From the human T2T-CHM13v2.0 reference genome, Homo sapiens: a stretch of DNA of 64,000 nt. Position numbers and translations under genes: made by a program. A model generated the notes under the pieces. It saw only the letters and a list, made by a program, of their open reading frames with translations. It searched no databases and had not been told where the DNA came from. Below, one piece after another: positions 1-38,885 of the stretch. The stretch lies in NCBI RefSeq assembly GCF_009914755.1, contig NC_060939.1; one strand, 5' to 3'. The stretch's first letter is position 1. Every line of letters starts with the position of its first letter.

Positions 1-221
1 CATCGACACAAACTATATTGTTTAGTTCTCTTTATTTCCATTTGTTAAAGACCAGAATGTGTGAAATATGCATTATCAGATTAGAAAAACAAAACAAACA
101 TCAGAAAAAGGTTTTGCAAAATAGCATTTACTAAAATCTATGACAGAAACTAGCTCTAAAACTTCCTGTTTCAAAATTTCACTGTGTGTGCACTAAGTTA
201 GTTTTGCTGGCTGTGGACAGC

Positions 222-311
222 AGGCCCACCCCATGCCGCGGGCCCACCCCACGCCGCGGGCCCACCCCACGCCGCGGGCCCACCCCACGCCACGGGCCCA
301 CCCCACGCCAC
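222..311. repeat. GC-rich 18-bp minisatellite, ~5 copies of GGGCCCACCCCACGCCGC
   Basis: Tandem units directly visible. Confidence 0.9.
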
Positions 312-1072
312 AGACCCACCATGGCCCCATGAACAGGCCAGCTGAGAGCTGCAGCCACTGCCCAGGGCTCCCTGGTCTGTACTCGGCTGCCTGACCCAAG
401 CTGCCAGGGCTCTGCTTTCTCTATGTGTAGAAACAAAAACCAGGAGCATCAGTTGACGAAAAGCAGATTTTTATTGAACAGAGGTATAAATGTGTTTCAT
501 TTTCTAATAAATCTCTTTCACAAATCACCTTGCTGTTTCGCTCTTCTTGAATGATCATTTTTACACAACACTGTCTGACTGTTTTGGCTTCTGCCAAGGT
601 TAGCGTCTGTTCACAGGCTGAGTCTGACTTCCTCCTCCCACCTCCTCCTAGTCTGGCCTTCCAAAATAATGCTCACCATTCTATCACATTGACTTCAGTT
701 TTGAAAAGAAAAGTTATCTTACAAAGTAGTAGGTACAACTCTGTAATATGTAAAGTGAGGCAATGATAGAACCAGTTTTAAAAATAACCTTCCATGATGA
801 TTTTCATTCGCACCTACCTGCTTATTAGTAAGAATCTTTTTACATGTTTACTGCACGCCCCAATTTCTCTTCTGTGAAAAACTTCTGAGTATCATCACAC
901 CCTCCAACTTCTCCTCTCACCTATATTGAGAAGGGTCTGCTCTTTATCCTAACATCTATACTAGGTAATTTTCAGAATATTCCTTCAATCATCAAACAAA
1001 TTTTTGAGACCCTTGCGCTAGATTTCACTATCTTAATATGAAAACCAATAATCACCTATTAAAATACAATAC

Positions 1073-1710
<638 letters not shown>

Positions 1711-1739
1711 CACAATACAATACAGCTAATATGATTTAC

Positions 1740-1912
1740 CTAAGAAGCTGTTGTATGAGCTGAACCAGAGGCAAACACTGTTTGCCAGAAGACTCACAGA
1801 TCCCCGTATTAATAAGGTCTTTATCCAATGGAGTCCTCCTTCTATGAAATGTTGAGGCATTTGCTTCCTGTTCATAAATTTCTTTTTCCTTCCGTGCTTC
1901 TTTTTTTGTATC
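1740..1912 (-). pseudogene. HERC2-derived exon ~20 (173 nt, apparent in-frame 6-nt deletion)
   Basis: ttacag|GAT ACA AAA AAA GAA ... CTT CTT AG|gtaaat; translates DTKKEARKEKEIYEQEANASTFHRRRTPLDKDLINTGICESSGKQCLPLVQLIQQLLR. Confidence 0.9.
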
Positions 1913-2289
1913 CTGTAATTGATAAACAGAAATTGTTTACAAGTGATCTCATTACCAGGTGTGAAGGCACACAGGCTGGCTGAGCCCTGACCCCAGTGCC
2001 AAGCTATCCCAGCCTCTGTGGCTGCCACACCCATCCACCCACAGGCCCCCCACCTGCCCTGTTGGAAACCCCAACTCATTTGTGCAGTTTCAAACAGTGT
2101 CTTCTTTTTACAGATCCAAGGTCCAGGCTGCCTCTGCTGATGCTCTCCAGCCTCCTTCTGTGAAGTCCCTAAAATCCTTAACCCTGCTAATGGCTCACAC
2201 AAAACCCAATGTGATCGGCTCCACACACGCAGCATCCAGCTGCTCTGTAAGGACAAGAAGGAGCTAGAATTCTCACACACAAAAGTCCT

Positions 2290-3130
2290 GGTTCAAATGC
2301 AAATGGCAAAGCCACTTTGGGAAACTATGAACACACACTTACCCCAGGACCTAACAAATTCCACTCCAAGTGTTTATCCAAAGGGAGAACATATGTTCAC
2401 TAAAGTACTTGTTCACAGCACAATTGTGGCAGCTCTACACGGCCAAAAACCAGAAAGCCTGGGCGCGGTGGCTCACGCTTGTAATCCCAACACTTTGGGA
2501 GGCCAAGGTGGGGGGATCACTGGAGCCCAGGAGTTGAAGACCAGCCTTGCAACACAGTGAAACCTTGTCTCTACAAAAAAATCAAAAAACTAGCCGGGCA
2601 TGGTGACATGTATGTGGTCCCTGCAACACAGGAGGCTGAGGTGGGAGGATCATTTGAGCCTAGGAGGACAAGGCTGCAGTGAGCCAACATCAGGTCACTG
2701 TATACAGCCTGGGTGACAGAGCAAGACCCTGTCTCAAAAAAAAAAAAAAAAAAAGAAAACAAAAACCAAAAACAATTACATGTCCTTCAATAGGAGAATG
2801 AACTAACAAACAGTACTACACCTATAAAATGGAAAACTTCCCAATAATAAAAACGAAGTCGCAATACACACAACAGTGAGTGAATCTGAAAATCATTCTC
2901 CAAGGCAAAGCAGGAAAGAGTGCATACTATACAGTTATATTGCTGCGACACTCAGAGCAGGAAAAATGAATCTAATCTCAGGGCAGGGGAGTATCCTGGC
3001 TGCAAGTGCCAAGGAGCACAGGGATCTTTCCGGGTGACGGGAATGGTCTACATGAGGAACAGGTTACCTGTTAACTTCACTGAAACAGACAACATGCAGT
3101 ATTTTATCACAAATCATCTCAATAATTTTT
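2290..3130 (+). mobile_element. Old L1 3'-end remnant interrupted by an AluJ (~2457-2772)
   Basis: L1 3' motifs (gccactttgggaaa, aattccactcc, gtgaatctgaaaatcatt) plus an Alu dimer. Confidence 0.6.
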
Positions 3131-3278
3131 AAAATTAGCACATAAAAGAATTTTAATTTAAAAAAATACTTGGATATAAGTTTAGTGTTTTACTGTTTTC
3201 AGTTATTCTTCACATGTGTGAGTGTGGTATTTCCGATCTCAGCCCACCACCAGGTCACGTGTGCCTCCAAGGCCATAC

Positions 3279-3403
3279 CTGGATCTCTGCAGTAATGGCT
3301 GCGTGTAAGGCTGACTCCAACCCTCCATCAGCCATCAAGCTGCCCACCAGAAGATCAATCACCAATCGATGACCTGGACTTATGTTCACTTCATTGCCTG
3401 AAA
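3279..3403 (-). pseudogene. HERC2-derived exon ~19 (125 nt)
   Basis: atttcag|TT TCA GGC AAT ... ATC CAG|gtatgg; translates SGNEVNISPGHRLVIDLLVGSLMADGGLESALHAAITAEIQ. Confidence 0.92.
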
Positions 3404-3495
3404 CTGAAATAGAAAGTCTGTGCCAATTTGAGTGAAACGCCATCCCCTCCCAGCACCCTGACCCATGCCCTCTCCTGTTCCTTCCCCGAGCCCAC

Positions 3496-3722
3496 CTCCA
3501 CAGGACAGGAGAGCAGAGTGCCCGGGCCTGCTTCTCAGCGGTGGGCAACAGCATGGACCAGCCGCTCTGCAGCATGGCCTGGGAGGCCGACTGCACGGTG
3601 CTCAGCACGTCTGCGCTGCTTGCCAGGGTCACCACCTTCTGCTTCAGGCTGTTCAGGAAGACGCTGCCCAGACCTAAACCAAGGAATTCCAGGTCAACCT
3701 GGTGACTAATGGCAGCATGCAA
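3496..3722 (-). pseudogene. HERC2-derived exon ~18 (227 nt, 2-nt deletion near 3515)
   Basis: ctttcag|TTG CAT GCT ... GGAG|gtgggc; translates LHAAISHQVDLEFLGLGLGS...KQARAL, then loses frame (recalled HERC2 continues SALLPCA). Confidence 0.9.
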
Positions 3723-5310
3723 CTGAAAGGAGAAAAACAATTTTCACTTAGAACCCCTAAAAATGAGTGAATTTCAAAGTCTTATTAAACACTGAATAAA
3801 AGTCAATTTGAAGTATTATTTAAATAGACAAAATAACTTCTCAGTTTACGTATTTTTAAAAACTGGACTAAAAAAACTCTTACCCACAATAGTTGAAGTA
3901 TTTTCTAGAGGAATTTTTTTTAACCCCACTATGAACACATATATGGAAAAGCTCAAGATGAGCAGAAGAGCTAAACAACTAGCAACAGCAACCTCCACCC
4001 CGCCCCAACAATCTGCACCAAACACAGAAATAATGGCTACAATGTAACCACAAAAGCTGCCACAGGCGGTGGCTCATGCCTGTCATCCCAGCACTTTGGG
4101 AGGCCGACGTGGAAAGCTCACTTGAGATCAGGAGTTCAAGATCAGCCTGGCCAACATGATGAAACCCCATCTCTATAAAAAAATCAGCCGGGTGTGATGG
4201 TACACACCTGTAGTCCCAGCTACTTGGGAGGCTGAGGCAGGAGAATCACTGGAACCTGGCAGGCCAAGACTGTACCACTGCATTCCAGCCTGGGTGACAA
4301 AGTGACACCCTGTCTAAAAAAAAAAAAGAGCTGCTAAAAATTAGACTGCGGAGCTGAGAGTACACAGGGAAACTCCTCAAGTGCAAAACCAAAATTCACA
4401 TGGGCACACACAGCAGGAGTCAAGAGGTTCCGGGCTCTGAAAGCAGAGCCAAGCCGCCAGGCTTCAGCACAACCTCCCACACGGGAATGCACACAAGGAC
4501 CCACTGAACCCGAGCTTCCTGCAGAAGGCTGGGAGCCACTCAGGATCACCTGCCTGCCAGCCAACCGCAGCCAGGGGGCAACACACTGCCCGTCCCAGGC
4601 TCTGGGTAGCAAGAGGCCCCATGAGAAATCAGAGACCCGGCCTTGCCCTGTAAGTAGAAGTGAAATCAAAAGCACACCACTCATCTAGGTATAGATATCA
4701 CAGGTCAGGAAATGACCACCGAAACTCACCTGGAGTCTGTGAAACCTACAGAACCCTCAGGACCCCGGAGAGGCAAATGCAAAACCATACGCTGGGACAC
4801 CTCGACAGCCTAAGACATACGCAAGGCCACGCCCCACAGCACTGACCAGAACAGACACATCACCGCAAACCAGGAGGGGCAGCAAACACCTGGGGCGCAA
4901 CCACGCAAACGCCAGGATGCCACAGGTATGGTGATAAATGAGTGCTACAGAGGACTAGAGGAGAAGCATGCTCCAGACCTCTGCTCAGTTCATTACTGCA
5001 ACTAAACACTACACTCAGTTCTGTACATTCTAGAAGCAGGGCAAAAAGGGGAGGGGCTGGAAGAGGGACATGACGGGTTGTTACAAGAAACCACTGTAAT
5101 AAAAGGGAAAAATTACTATGTCGAGAAAACCGTGGTTCTTGTCATTAAGTTAGAGGGTTTTATTACAAAGACAAAAGATGATGATCAAACACTTCAGCTT
5201 TAGTTTTGCTAGGGAGGAAGGCTTTTGTAGCTTTTATTGTGACCCTAACCACAGCCTTCATGGTGAGGAAAGGAAGGTATTGCTTTGGGAGCCGAGCTTA
5301 CTGAGTAGAT

Positions 5311-5518
5311 CAAGCTTGTTCAACCCACGGCCCGAGGGCAGCATGTGGCCCAGGGCAGCTTTGAATGTGGCCCAAAGTAAAATTTCTTAAAACATCATGA
5401 GATATTTTTGGGATTTTTTTTTTAAGCTCATCAGCTATCATAAGTGTATTTTATGTGTAGCCCAAGACAATTCTTCTTCCAGTGTGGCCCAGGGAAACCA
5501 AAAGACTGGACCCTCCTG
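5311..5518. mobile_element. MER30-like hAT-Charlie DNA transposon
   Basis: caagcttgttcaacccacggccc...gtggcccagggaaaccaaaagactggaccctcctg resembles the MER30 termini and body. Confidence 0.7.
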
Positions 5519-5908
5519 GAGCAGGGTTTTCACAGGACAGAGGAGAGACAGGCCAGCACTGGTCTCTCAGCTGAGCTCTGTCTCTCTCCATCACCTGTGA
5601 TCTCACCCAGTCATTTCTCCACACGCAACAACAGTAAAACAGTAAGAATACCAACAAACTAATGATTATAGCAAAAATAACACAATCCATATACACTCTT
5701 CCTGCATGCCGAGGCTGACTTCCAGGACAAACATAAAATAAACAGATCAAGTTTTTTAAGCCTTGCGTCCATTATTAGTGCATTACAATCTTACTTTAAA
5801 ATACTTCCCCCAACAGGCTAAAACCTATGTCCTTCAGAATACATAAACCTTCTTACAAATCGCTAAGACACTTATAAAAGGAGCAAGAGGAAGGGAAATC
5901 ACGAATAC

Positions 5909-6109
5909 CTGAAGTCGGGGAAGATTCAGCGTTGCCACGGCCACGCACTCTTTCTCCTGGGGCGGGGGCCAGTCCGCGGAGCCATCCATCCCCTCACTCA
6001 CCTGCCGAAGCAGGAGATCCAGCTGCTCAAAAGTCACTGAGCAAATATCCACCCCAAAAGGGACATGGAGGCCAATGGACCACTCAGAACACGATGACCA
6101 AGCAATGCT
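5909..6109 (-). pseudogene. HERC2-derived exon ~17 (201 nt, open)
   Basis: ttcctcttag|AGC ATT GCT TGG ... CTT CAG|gtattc; translates SIAWSSCSEWSIGLHVPFGVDICSVTFEQLDLLLRQVSEGMDGSADWPPPQEKECVAVATLNLPRLQ. Confidence 0.93.
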
Positions 6110-6429
6110 CTAAGAGGAAACGCAACAATCGGAAATGAATCTCCAAATGCAGCTCTTGGTCTGTCGCACAGGAGTCACCAGCTTGTGTGATGGAGCTGCC
6201 TTATATTATTACCTATCATCCCTCTAACTGCCCAGTGGAAAAGCATTCATGGGTGTCTAGCTCACACACTATCAGCTTCCAATTCTCCCACCCATTTCAC
6301 TAGCCCCATCTCACTTGGCCATACCTAAAAAAGTAAAAACATTTTAAAAAATCTTTTCACTCTCAAAATGATTAATGCACATTAATGGATGGCAGTGAGG
6401 CTCTCCATCCACTTGAAGTGGTATAATAG

Positions 6430-9376
<2,947 letters not shown>

Positions 9377-9640
9377 GGCTGGTATAGTGTCTCACACCTG
9401 TAATCCCAGCACTTTGGGAGCTCACTGCAACCTCAAACTCTTAAGCTCAAGCAATCCTCCTGCCTCAGCCTCCTGAGTAGCTGAGACTACAGGTGCACAC
9501 CAGCATGCCACGCTAATTTTTAATTTTTTTGTAGAGATGGGATCTCGCTGTGTTGCCCAAGCTGGTCTCTAACTCCTGGGCTCAAGTGACCCTCTCGCCT
9601 ATGCCTCCCGAAGTGCTGGTGTGAGCTGTTGCACCCAGCC
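9377..9640. mobile_element. Chimeric Alu: 44-nt plus-strand 5' piece fused to a tailless minus-strand Alu
   Basis: ...cccagcactttgggag|ctcactgcaacctc... junction at 9420/9421. Confidence 0.85.
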
Positions 9641-9649
9641 AAAATACGG

Positions 9650-10150
9650 CAGATTTGTAGTACCCCAGAAGGCTCCTTCCTGACCTACACTTTCCCACAA
9701 AGGAAACTACTCTTCTGACTTCAATCATCGTCAGTTCTGCCTTCCTGCGCTTCATCTAGGTGGGCTGGTACTGTGCACTGTCTCTCATACCTGGCTCCCT
9801 CTATTCACCCATGTCGTTGAGTGTTCCTACCACTTCATTTTTCTTTTTTGGCTGTGTAGTATTCCATGATGTGACTGTATCACCATTTATTCACTCTCCT
9901 GTTGATGGACATTTAGGTTGTTTTCATTTGGGGCTCTTATGAATAAAAATGGCAGTGAACATTCTTATATAAGTCTTTTTGTGGACATATGCACTCGTTT
10001 CTCTTGTGTACATGCTTAGGATGGAATTTCTGAAGGTAGGCATAGATATAGCTTTAGTAGAAGCTGCCAAACAGGTTTCCAATGTGCTTATACAATTTTA
10101 TGCTACTGCCAGCTTGACAGTTCTTGTAGCTCTACATCTTTACCAATACT
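9650..10150 (-). mobile_element. Old L1 (L1MB/L1ME-like) 3' end
   Basis: gtagtattccat...ctcctgttgatggacatttaggttgtttt...tttttgtggacatatgca motif. Confidence 0.7.
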
Positions 10151-11285
10151 CTGTATAACACAGCATTTAACTTTAAATAGAGATAAAACGATGGTAAGAT
10201 CCAAAGAAGTGTGCATGTTCCTGAAGAACATCCCGTAAAGGGCCTATTTTATTCATCTGTTTCGGGCACTGAAAACCACTGCATGGCTGGATGAGGAAGG
10301 AGGCCTGGTACAACTCCCAAGAAGGCATGTGTCCCTCGGGTGGGCTTTGTTTCCCAGAAACTCTGGGGAAGGGGTGGAGAGGCACCTTCTGGGCCAGCTG
10401 GTCTCCTCTGGCTTTTCTTGTACCCTAGGGCTCCCTCCAAAGAGACAGAGAACAGCCTGGCCGGGGAGCAGTATCTCCTACTGCGCTTGCTGTGAGCCAG
10501 CCACTCTGCCTTCTTTCAGGAATTACAAAATCCACAGGTCCCCGGCATTCTTATTTATGTATTTATTCATTTATGAGGCATGGTTTTCCTCAGCTCTGTT
10601 GGATGGGTCTCTGTGAAGGGAGCTTGGTGGGGGCGAGTGGCCCCTCCCTGGAGGAGGCAGGCCCCTGGTCAGGATCTTTGGGGCTCCAGGTCTCATAAGT
10701 GGGGGGCCAGGCTCCCTAGAGAAACCCTTCTTGGCTAGGGCTGGGGAGCCCACCAGAGTGACCCAATCAGTTCTCAGGGCCTGTGATGGGGCCAAGTGGT
10801 TTTGAGAAGCCAGTGTTCAGCTCCATCCTAAAGAGCACTCATGCACGTTGAGGAGGAGGGCCGGGGTGCACAGCTCTGACCTGAGTCAGACCCACCTCAG
10901 GACTTAGCCCAGCAGGAGGCCCAGAGTCACTGACCATAAAACGAGCAGATGCCTCCCCCGTGCTGATGGAGATGAGTCTTGGGCATCAACTCTAATAATT
11001 TCTAACTGCACCCAGAAATACTGATTCACACAGCAACTAGTGAATAATAGCCTTTTAGAGCTAAAAAAGCCTCATATATTATAAATTAACATATGCATTT
11101 TACACAAACTAGAGGCACCGTGGTGGGCCAGCAGCAGCCTGTTCAGGGGCCACAACAAGGGAGATTGGATTTCCTTAAGTGCAATGGGAGTTACTGGCAA
11201 GGCTTTAAGGTTTTAGCCACAGGAAAGATGAAAGTATTTTAGAGCAATGTGGGTGGATTCAAAGTGAGGTTTTGAACTAGATCAG

Positions 11286-15620
<4,335 letters not shown>

Positions 15621-15769
15621 TATATTGTTTTATAGTTCTTCAATTTTGTTTTGTGGTCGCCGGAGGTGTTTCCTTCTTCGATTCCCTGCACAGTGCTTCC
15701 ACAGCTGCTCCATGGAATCTGCCCAAGACTTTTGCTGCGTTCAGTTGAACACACAGGAGGAAGCTCTTC

Positions 15770-16500
15770 AGGCCCCAGCCAGCCGACCGCACAAAGATGC
15801 GTTCTCATACCCAGGGGAGCTGGTCTCGCCACTCGACCCGCGCCCTGGATAGCTATAGTTAGTGTGAGCGCCACCACCCGCCGCGGCGTGATCAAGAGCG
15901 CTCCGGGACAAGCAGTCTCCCGTGGGAGTGCGGGAGTGCGTGCGTGCGGCGGAAATCCCGCCTTCCGGCGCCCGCTGTTGGCCTTGGCCGCAGCCAGGGC
16001 GCTCCAAGTAGGAAGATAAGCGGGATTGCTGGAAGCGGGAGAGTCGGGAGGAGCGGCGAAGGGCTCCTCTTCCCCATTGGCTGCGCCCACGGAGCAGCCT
16101 CGTTGCGATTGGCCGTACGCGGGGGGCGGCAGTCCCGCGTCGGCCCGCCCCTCGGGCCGCGAGAGGCGCCGGGATCGCGGGCGCCGGCTGAGCCAGCGGC
16201 TCTTGGGAGGCTGCGTCCGCGCGCCGGCGAGGCGAGGCGGCCGGGCCCTGCGCGTCAGGTCCTGGCCTGGGGCACCTGGGCGGCCGGTGGCGGGGGCGGT
16301 ACGGGCGCGGGGCTGGCGGGCGGCCGAGCCCGGGAGGCGGGCGTGGGCGCGGCGGCCGCACCGGGGCCTGCGCGGACCACCCGCGGGGCAGCCTCGGGCC
16401 TCTCTCCATCTCTTAAGTGGTGGTGGCTGTGGGTTTTTCTGCAGGCGATCCTTTTGAGTAATTTGTTTCACGCACGCGCCCTGCTGTGGGGTAAAGCGGC
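15770..16500. promoter_or_regulatory. CpG-island promoter of the HERC2 duplicate
   Basis: Very high GC and CpG density. Two inverted CCAAT boxes (ATTGG at 16076-16080 and 16108-16112), GC boxes (16121-16130, 16144-16151) and an ETS-type CTTCCGG (15962-15968). No TATA box. Lies directly before exon 1. Confidence 0.9.
16160..16258 (+). pseudogene. Exon 1 (non-coding, HERC2 5'UTR-like); start approximate
   Basis: ...CCGGGCCCTGCGCGTCAG|gtcctg joins exon 2 (GCCTGAGACC...) as in the recalled HERC2 mRNA 5'UTR. The donor is a weak match to consensus. Confidence 0.75.
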
Positions 16501-16676
16501 AGATTCATGCTGCTGTCATTTGTCGTTAAAACGATGTGTGTTATGTGTGTGTACTTCTTGGATTTGAGGGCAGGGGGATGACATTGTGACTTGGCTTCCT
16601 GTGACCGTCCATTCTCAAGGTCTCGTCAGCGTGGTGCAGAAACTCGGCACACCCTGCCTACCTTGGAAGGAGGCTT

Positions 16677-16790
16677 TCCCTTCCCCACCTCCCTCTCCCT
16701 CCATCTCTTCCCTCTTTCCCTCTCTCCCCTTCTCTCCCCTCCACCAGCTCTTCTCTCCCCCCTTTCTGTTCTCTCTCTCTTTTTTCTTTT
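16677..16790. repeat. Polypyrimidine (CT-rich) low-complexity tract in intron 1
   Basis: About 110 nt of almost pure C/T. Confidence 0.8.
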
Positions 16791-16867
16791 GTGCATTGAA
16801 CCTTTCGGGAGTGTCTTTGTAAACTATTAAAAAGCATTAGGTCTTCAGCGTATGTGTTTACTTGCAG

Positions 16868-16970
16868 GCCTGAGACCTGGGAGGAAGCTGGAGAAAAGAT
16901 GCCCTCTGAATCTTTCTGTTTGGCTGCCCAGGCTCGCCTCGACTCCAAATGGTTGAAAACAGATATACAG
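16868..16970 (+). pseudogene. Exon 2, start ATG at 16899
   Basis: ttgcag|GCCTGAG...ATG CCC TCT GAA...ATA CAG|gtgggg; translates MPSESFCLAAQARLDSKWLKTDIQ. Confidence 0.95.
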
Positions 16971-17817
16971 GTGGGGTTTGACATGTCTTTTTCTTGGTGT
17001 GTTTCTGCTTCCATGTTTAAATTTCTCGTGTAAGGCTTTTTTTTAGGGTATGTAAGGGGAAGTCAGTTGTATCTTGCTGAATTAGAGGAGCAGGTTTATT
17101 TCCTGTAACTTAAAATGTAACAGTCTTATGGCTGTTTTTGTAGATCGTGCGCGGCTGCCTTTTAATTAGTTTCTTGCAAGTGCACGAAACTTGAGATCTA
17201 TTAATAGAGAAAATTTTTTTCCTATTTATTATTACTGGTTAAGAAATCTGCCACACTCCTAACCATATCATGGTGACTGTTGTTTGTTACTGATCGTTTT
17301 TGAGCTGTTGAGTTAACTGTGGAGGGGAAAATTGGAGAAGTAAGTTGCAGTAATTATGGCCTATAGAAACTCACTCATTTTATGAGGTCTTGTGTTTGTG
17401 TTTCTGGAGAGACGAGTTAGTTCAGTTGAGCTGTTTGTTTTGTCTTTGTAACTCCTTATTAAGAGGAGTGCTCAGATTTTCACATCAAGAATATGAGGAA
17501 ACAATGTTGGCCTTAGATCCTAATTTTTTGATTTAATGAGATAATTGCAAGCTTGTCAGGACATTATTAAATAAATAATAACGGTAATATTTCGATAGAC
17601 AGTTCTTTACACCCAATCTACTTTTATTTGGAAATGGCTTGGAAAAACTACTTTTGGAACTCCTTATCAGCAGCAAAAAGAAGTGTTTGAAATATTTTGT
17701 GTGTGTCTGTATTTTCCTACTCCCTAAGGTTAACCATTTTAAGTATTAAGTAATGTGCCTTGACTGTTCATCAAAAGTCGTGTAGGCTGTTAAGCAGTAG
17801 TTGATCATGGATACTTA

Positions 17818-29727
<11,910 letters not shown>

Positions 29728-29899
29728 AGGGCTCACTTTTTAGGAAGGAGTTTACCTCTCCCCCACCAGCTGATATTTTTACCAAAAGTCATATGTTTTG
29801 GTTCCAAGTATGTTTATGGCAGTTATCCTGTTAGTGATGTGAACAGAAAAAATAACAGTGCTGAGAGAAAGCTGTTCCTTCTACAAAAACTGAAGGATG

Positions 29900-30215
29900 C
29901 TGGCTTGGTTTCTGTCGCTACAGAACAAGTTACCAAACACAAATTTGGCAGCTTGTAACAACAAGCATTTACACTCTCACAGTTTCTGTGGGTCAGGAGT
30001 CTGGCCATAGCTTAGTTCTATCCTCTACTTCAGGTGTCACAGGCTGTAGTCAAGGTGTTGGCTAGGGCACGCTGTCATCTGGAGCTCAGGTCCTCATTGG
30101 TAGAATTGAATCCATTGTGGTTGTGGGACTGAAACCCTGGGCTCTTGGAGGCTGCCCCTCCCCACAGGCAGTTCATTGGCTGCTTGCTTCTTCAGATTGG
30201 AGACCATCTCTTCAG
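29900..30215. mobile_element. MLT1-type MaLR LTR remnant
   Basis: caacaagcatttacactctcacagtttctgtgggtcaggagtctgg...gctgtagtcaaggtgttggctaggg motif. Confidence 0.65.
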
Positions 30216-30229
30216 GACGGTGCGGAGGG

Positions 30230-36560
<6,331 letters not shown>

Positions 36561-36906
36561 AACCCATATATATATACATACAACTAGTGTGTATCCACAG
36601 AAGTTAAAAAAAAAAAAAAGATGGGCAAACATCTGTCTCTTTTAATTAAAAATGGCTTTTGTTTTGCCAGACAAGGGAGCTTCTGTCACATACGCAGTTT
36701 TCAGAATGGATGCCTTCCCCCAGTGTCTGAAATGCTCCCTTTTCCTGTTCTGGGAAGCCTTTTCTGACTCACAAATGTTGACAAGCAAAGGCGTTTTTGA
36801 TTTTGATGCTCACAGTTATTATAATTATTATAAATTTGGCCAGGAGTCCCTATCGTCTTTGAACAGCTGCTTTTTTTTTTTTTTTTTTTTTTTTTTTTTG
36901 AGATAA

Positions 36907-37089
<183 letters not shown>

Positions 37090-38279
37090 TAGGCTGGTCT
37101 CGAACTCCTGACCTCAAGTGATCTGCCCGCCTCAGCCTCCCAAAATGCTAGGATTATAGGCGTGAGCCACCGCACCTGGCCATGTTTGAGGAAACAGCTT
37201 TTTCTTTGAGGAAACAGGCTCATCTTTGTCTGCCCTGGCCCTTGAATCTACTTATTTTCCCAAGAGCCCTAGCGTCTTTTATCGGGAAATGGTTCTGAGA
37301 GACCAAAATCTGGGTGCCGCTGTCAGATTGCCTTTGATTCTAGTCCTTTAAAAAACAGAGTAAGCAAATATATTCAAAAATAAAGTTCATAGATTTCCAA
37401 TTTAAGTTGTTTTTCAAAATTTCTTTGATTTTTTTTCCTCTTTTCCACTGAAAACCTTAATTTTTTTTTTTTTTTTTTTGAGATGGAGTCTCGTTCTGTT
37501 TACCCAGGCTGGAGCACAGTGACATAATCTCGGCTCACTGAAACCTCTGCCTCCTGGGTTCATGCTAGTCTTCTGCTTCAGCCTCCCGAGTGACTGGGAT
37601 TACAGGCATGCACCAGCACACCCGGCTAATTTTTCATATTTTTAGTAGAGATGGGGTTTCACCATGTTGGCCAGGCTGGTCATGAACTCCTGACCTCAAG
37701 TGATTTACCTGCCTTGGCCTGCCAAATGCTGGGATTACGGGTGTGAGCCACCATGGCCGGCCTAAAACCTTAATTTCTAAGAACATTTAATACTTTATCA
37801 TAAACATGTTTTATTGTATTTACACTGCTTTATTGTGCAACATGAAGTAGTTCTAAAATTGTGAGAGTGTTATCAATACCGATAAATATTTTATTTTTCA
37901 TTATAGTATATTCTATTAATGATATGTAGTTCAAAAGTCCCTTGACATACTTTTCTTTGTATATGCATGGGTTAATTTGCTTGTTGCCAGTTGTAGGTTT
38001 TGCTTTTTTATGATTTAATTTTAATTTTTGAGGATGAAAGTCATGTATGTTTCAGAAGTAAAGACATCTAAAGTATACTCACAATGTTGTTGCTTTTTCT
38101 GGTCCTGCTGCCTTTGTCCATGTCCCCTCCCCATTTCCCCGTAGGTAGTCATTGGTACTTGCTTTCGGTTTATCTTTTCAGAGCATATGCACGTGTGTGT
38201 GTTTGTGTGTGTGTCTTTTTTTTTTTTTTCTTTTTTTTTTTTTTTAACACCGAGTCTCGCTCTTATCAACTCAGGCTGA

Positions 38280-38408
<129 letters not shown>

Positions 38409-38770
38409 TAGTTGGGACGGCGTTTCACCGTGTTGGCCAGGCTGGTCTCAAATTCCTGATCCCCCGTGATGTGCCCCGCTCGGCCTCCCAAAGTGCTGGG
38501 ATGACAAGCATGAGCCACCTCGCCCGACCATGTGTCATTTTTCTTGTATGTTACATAAGAGGTAGAATAGTATTTATACTATTATGCACCTTTTCATTTA
38601 TATTTCTTGGATGACTTTCATGAAATGTAAAATGATTAAGTCACTAATTCAGTAAATCATTGATTTTATTACCGAATGATCGAATACATAAGGGCGATTG
38701 AGATTTTTTCCCATATCATTCTTTAAAAATTGCAGTGTGAGTGTGAGCTTATCTCATTTATCATTGCCAG

Positions 38771-38885
38771 CTTGCATTCACAAGAGATGGGCTCTGTGGT
38801 CTGTGGAATGAAATGGTTAAAGATGGAGAAATTGTATACACTGGAACAGAATCAACCCAGAACGGATAGCTCCCTCCTGGAAAAG
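38771..38885 (+). pseudogene. Exon 3 with premature stop (TAG 38867-38869)
   Basis: ttgccag|CTT GCA TTC ... AAC GGA TAG CTC CCT CCT GGA AAA G|gtaag; translates LAFTRDGLCGLWNEMVKDGEIVYTGTESTQNG*LPPGK. Confidence 0.95.

Larger units (their letters stand above)
1740..6109 (-). pseudogene. HERC2P7: Inverted HERC2 fragment, exons ~17-20 (HERC2P7-like)
   Basis: Four minus-strand AG/GT-bounded exons translate to consecutive HERC2 sequence (SEWSIG...DWPPPQEKECVAVATLNL, LHAAISHQVD..., SGNEVNISPG...AITAEIQ, ...LDKDLINTGICESSGKQCLPLVQLIQQLLR), with a frameshift in the second. The name is inferred from the head-to-head position ~10-14 kb upstream of the plus-strand copy. Confidence 0.65.

Noticed and set aside
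179-449. Short repetitive ORFs (RRGVGP, GVGWAR, AAWGGP repeats)
   Set aside because: Three-frame read-through of the 18-bp minisatellite.
3255-3740. 161-aa minus-strand ORF as a standalone gene
   Set aside because: It is two HERC2-derived exons joined through a 92-nt intron by a frameshift, and it has no ATG at its start.
10173-10800. Possible further exon(s) in the non-repetitive GC-richer stretch
   Set aside because: No translation matched HERC2 or any protein I recognise, and no convincing splice-site pair was found.
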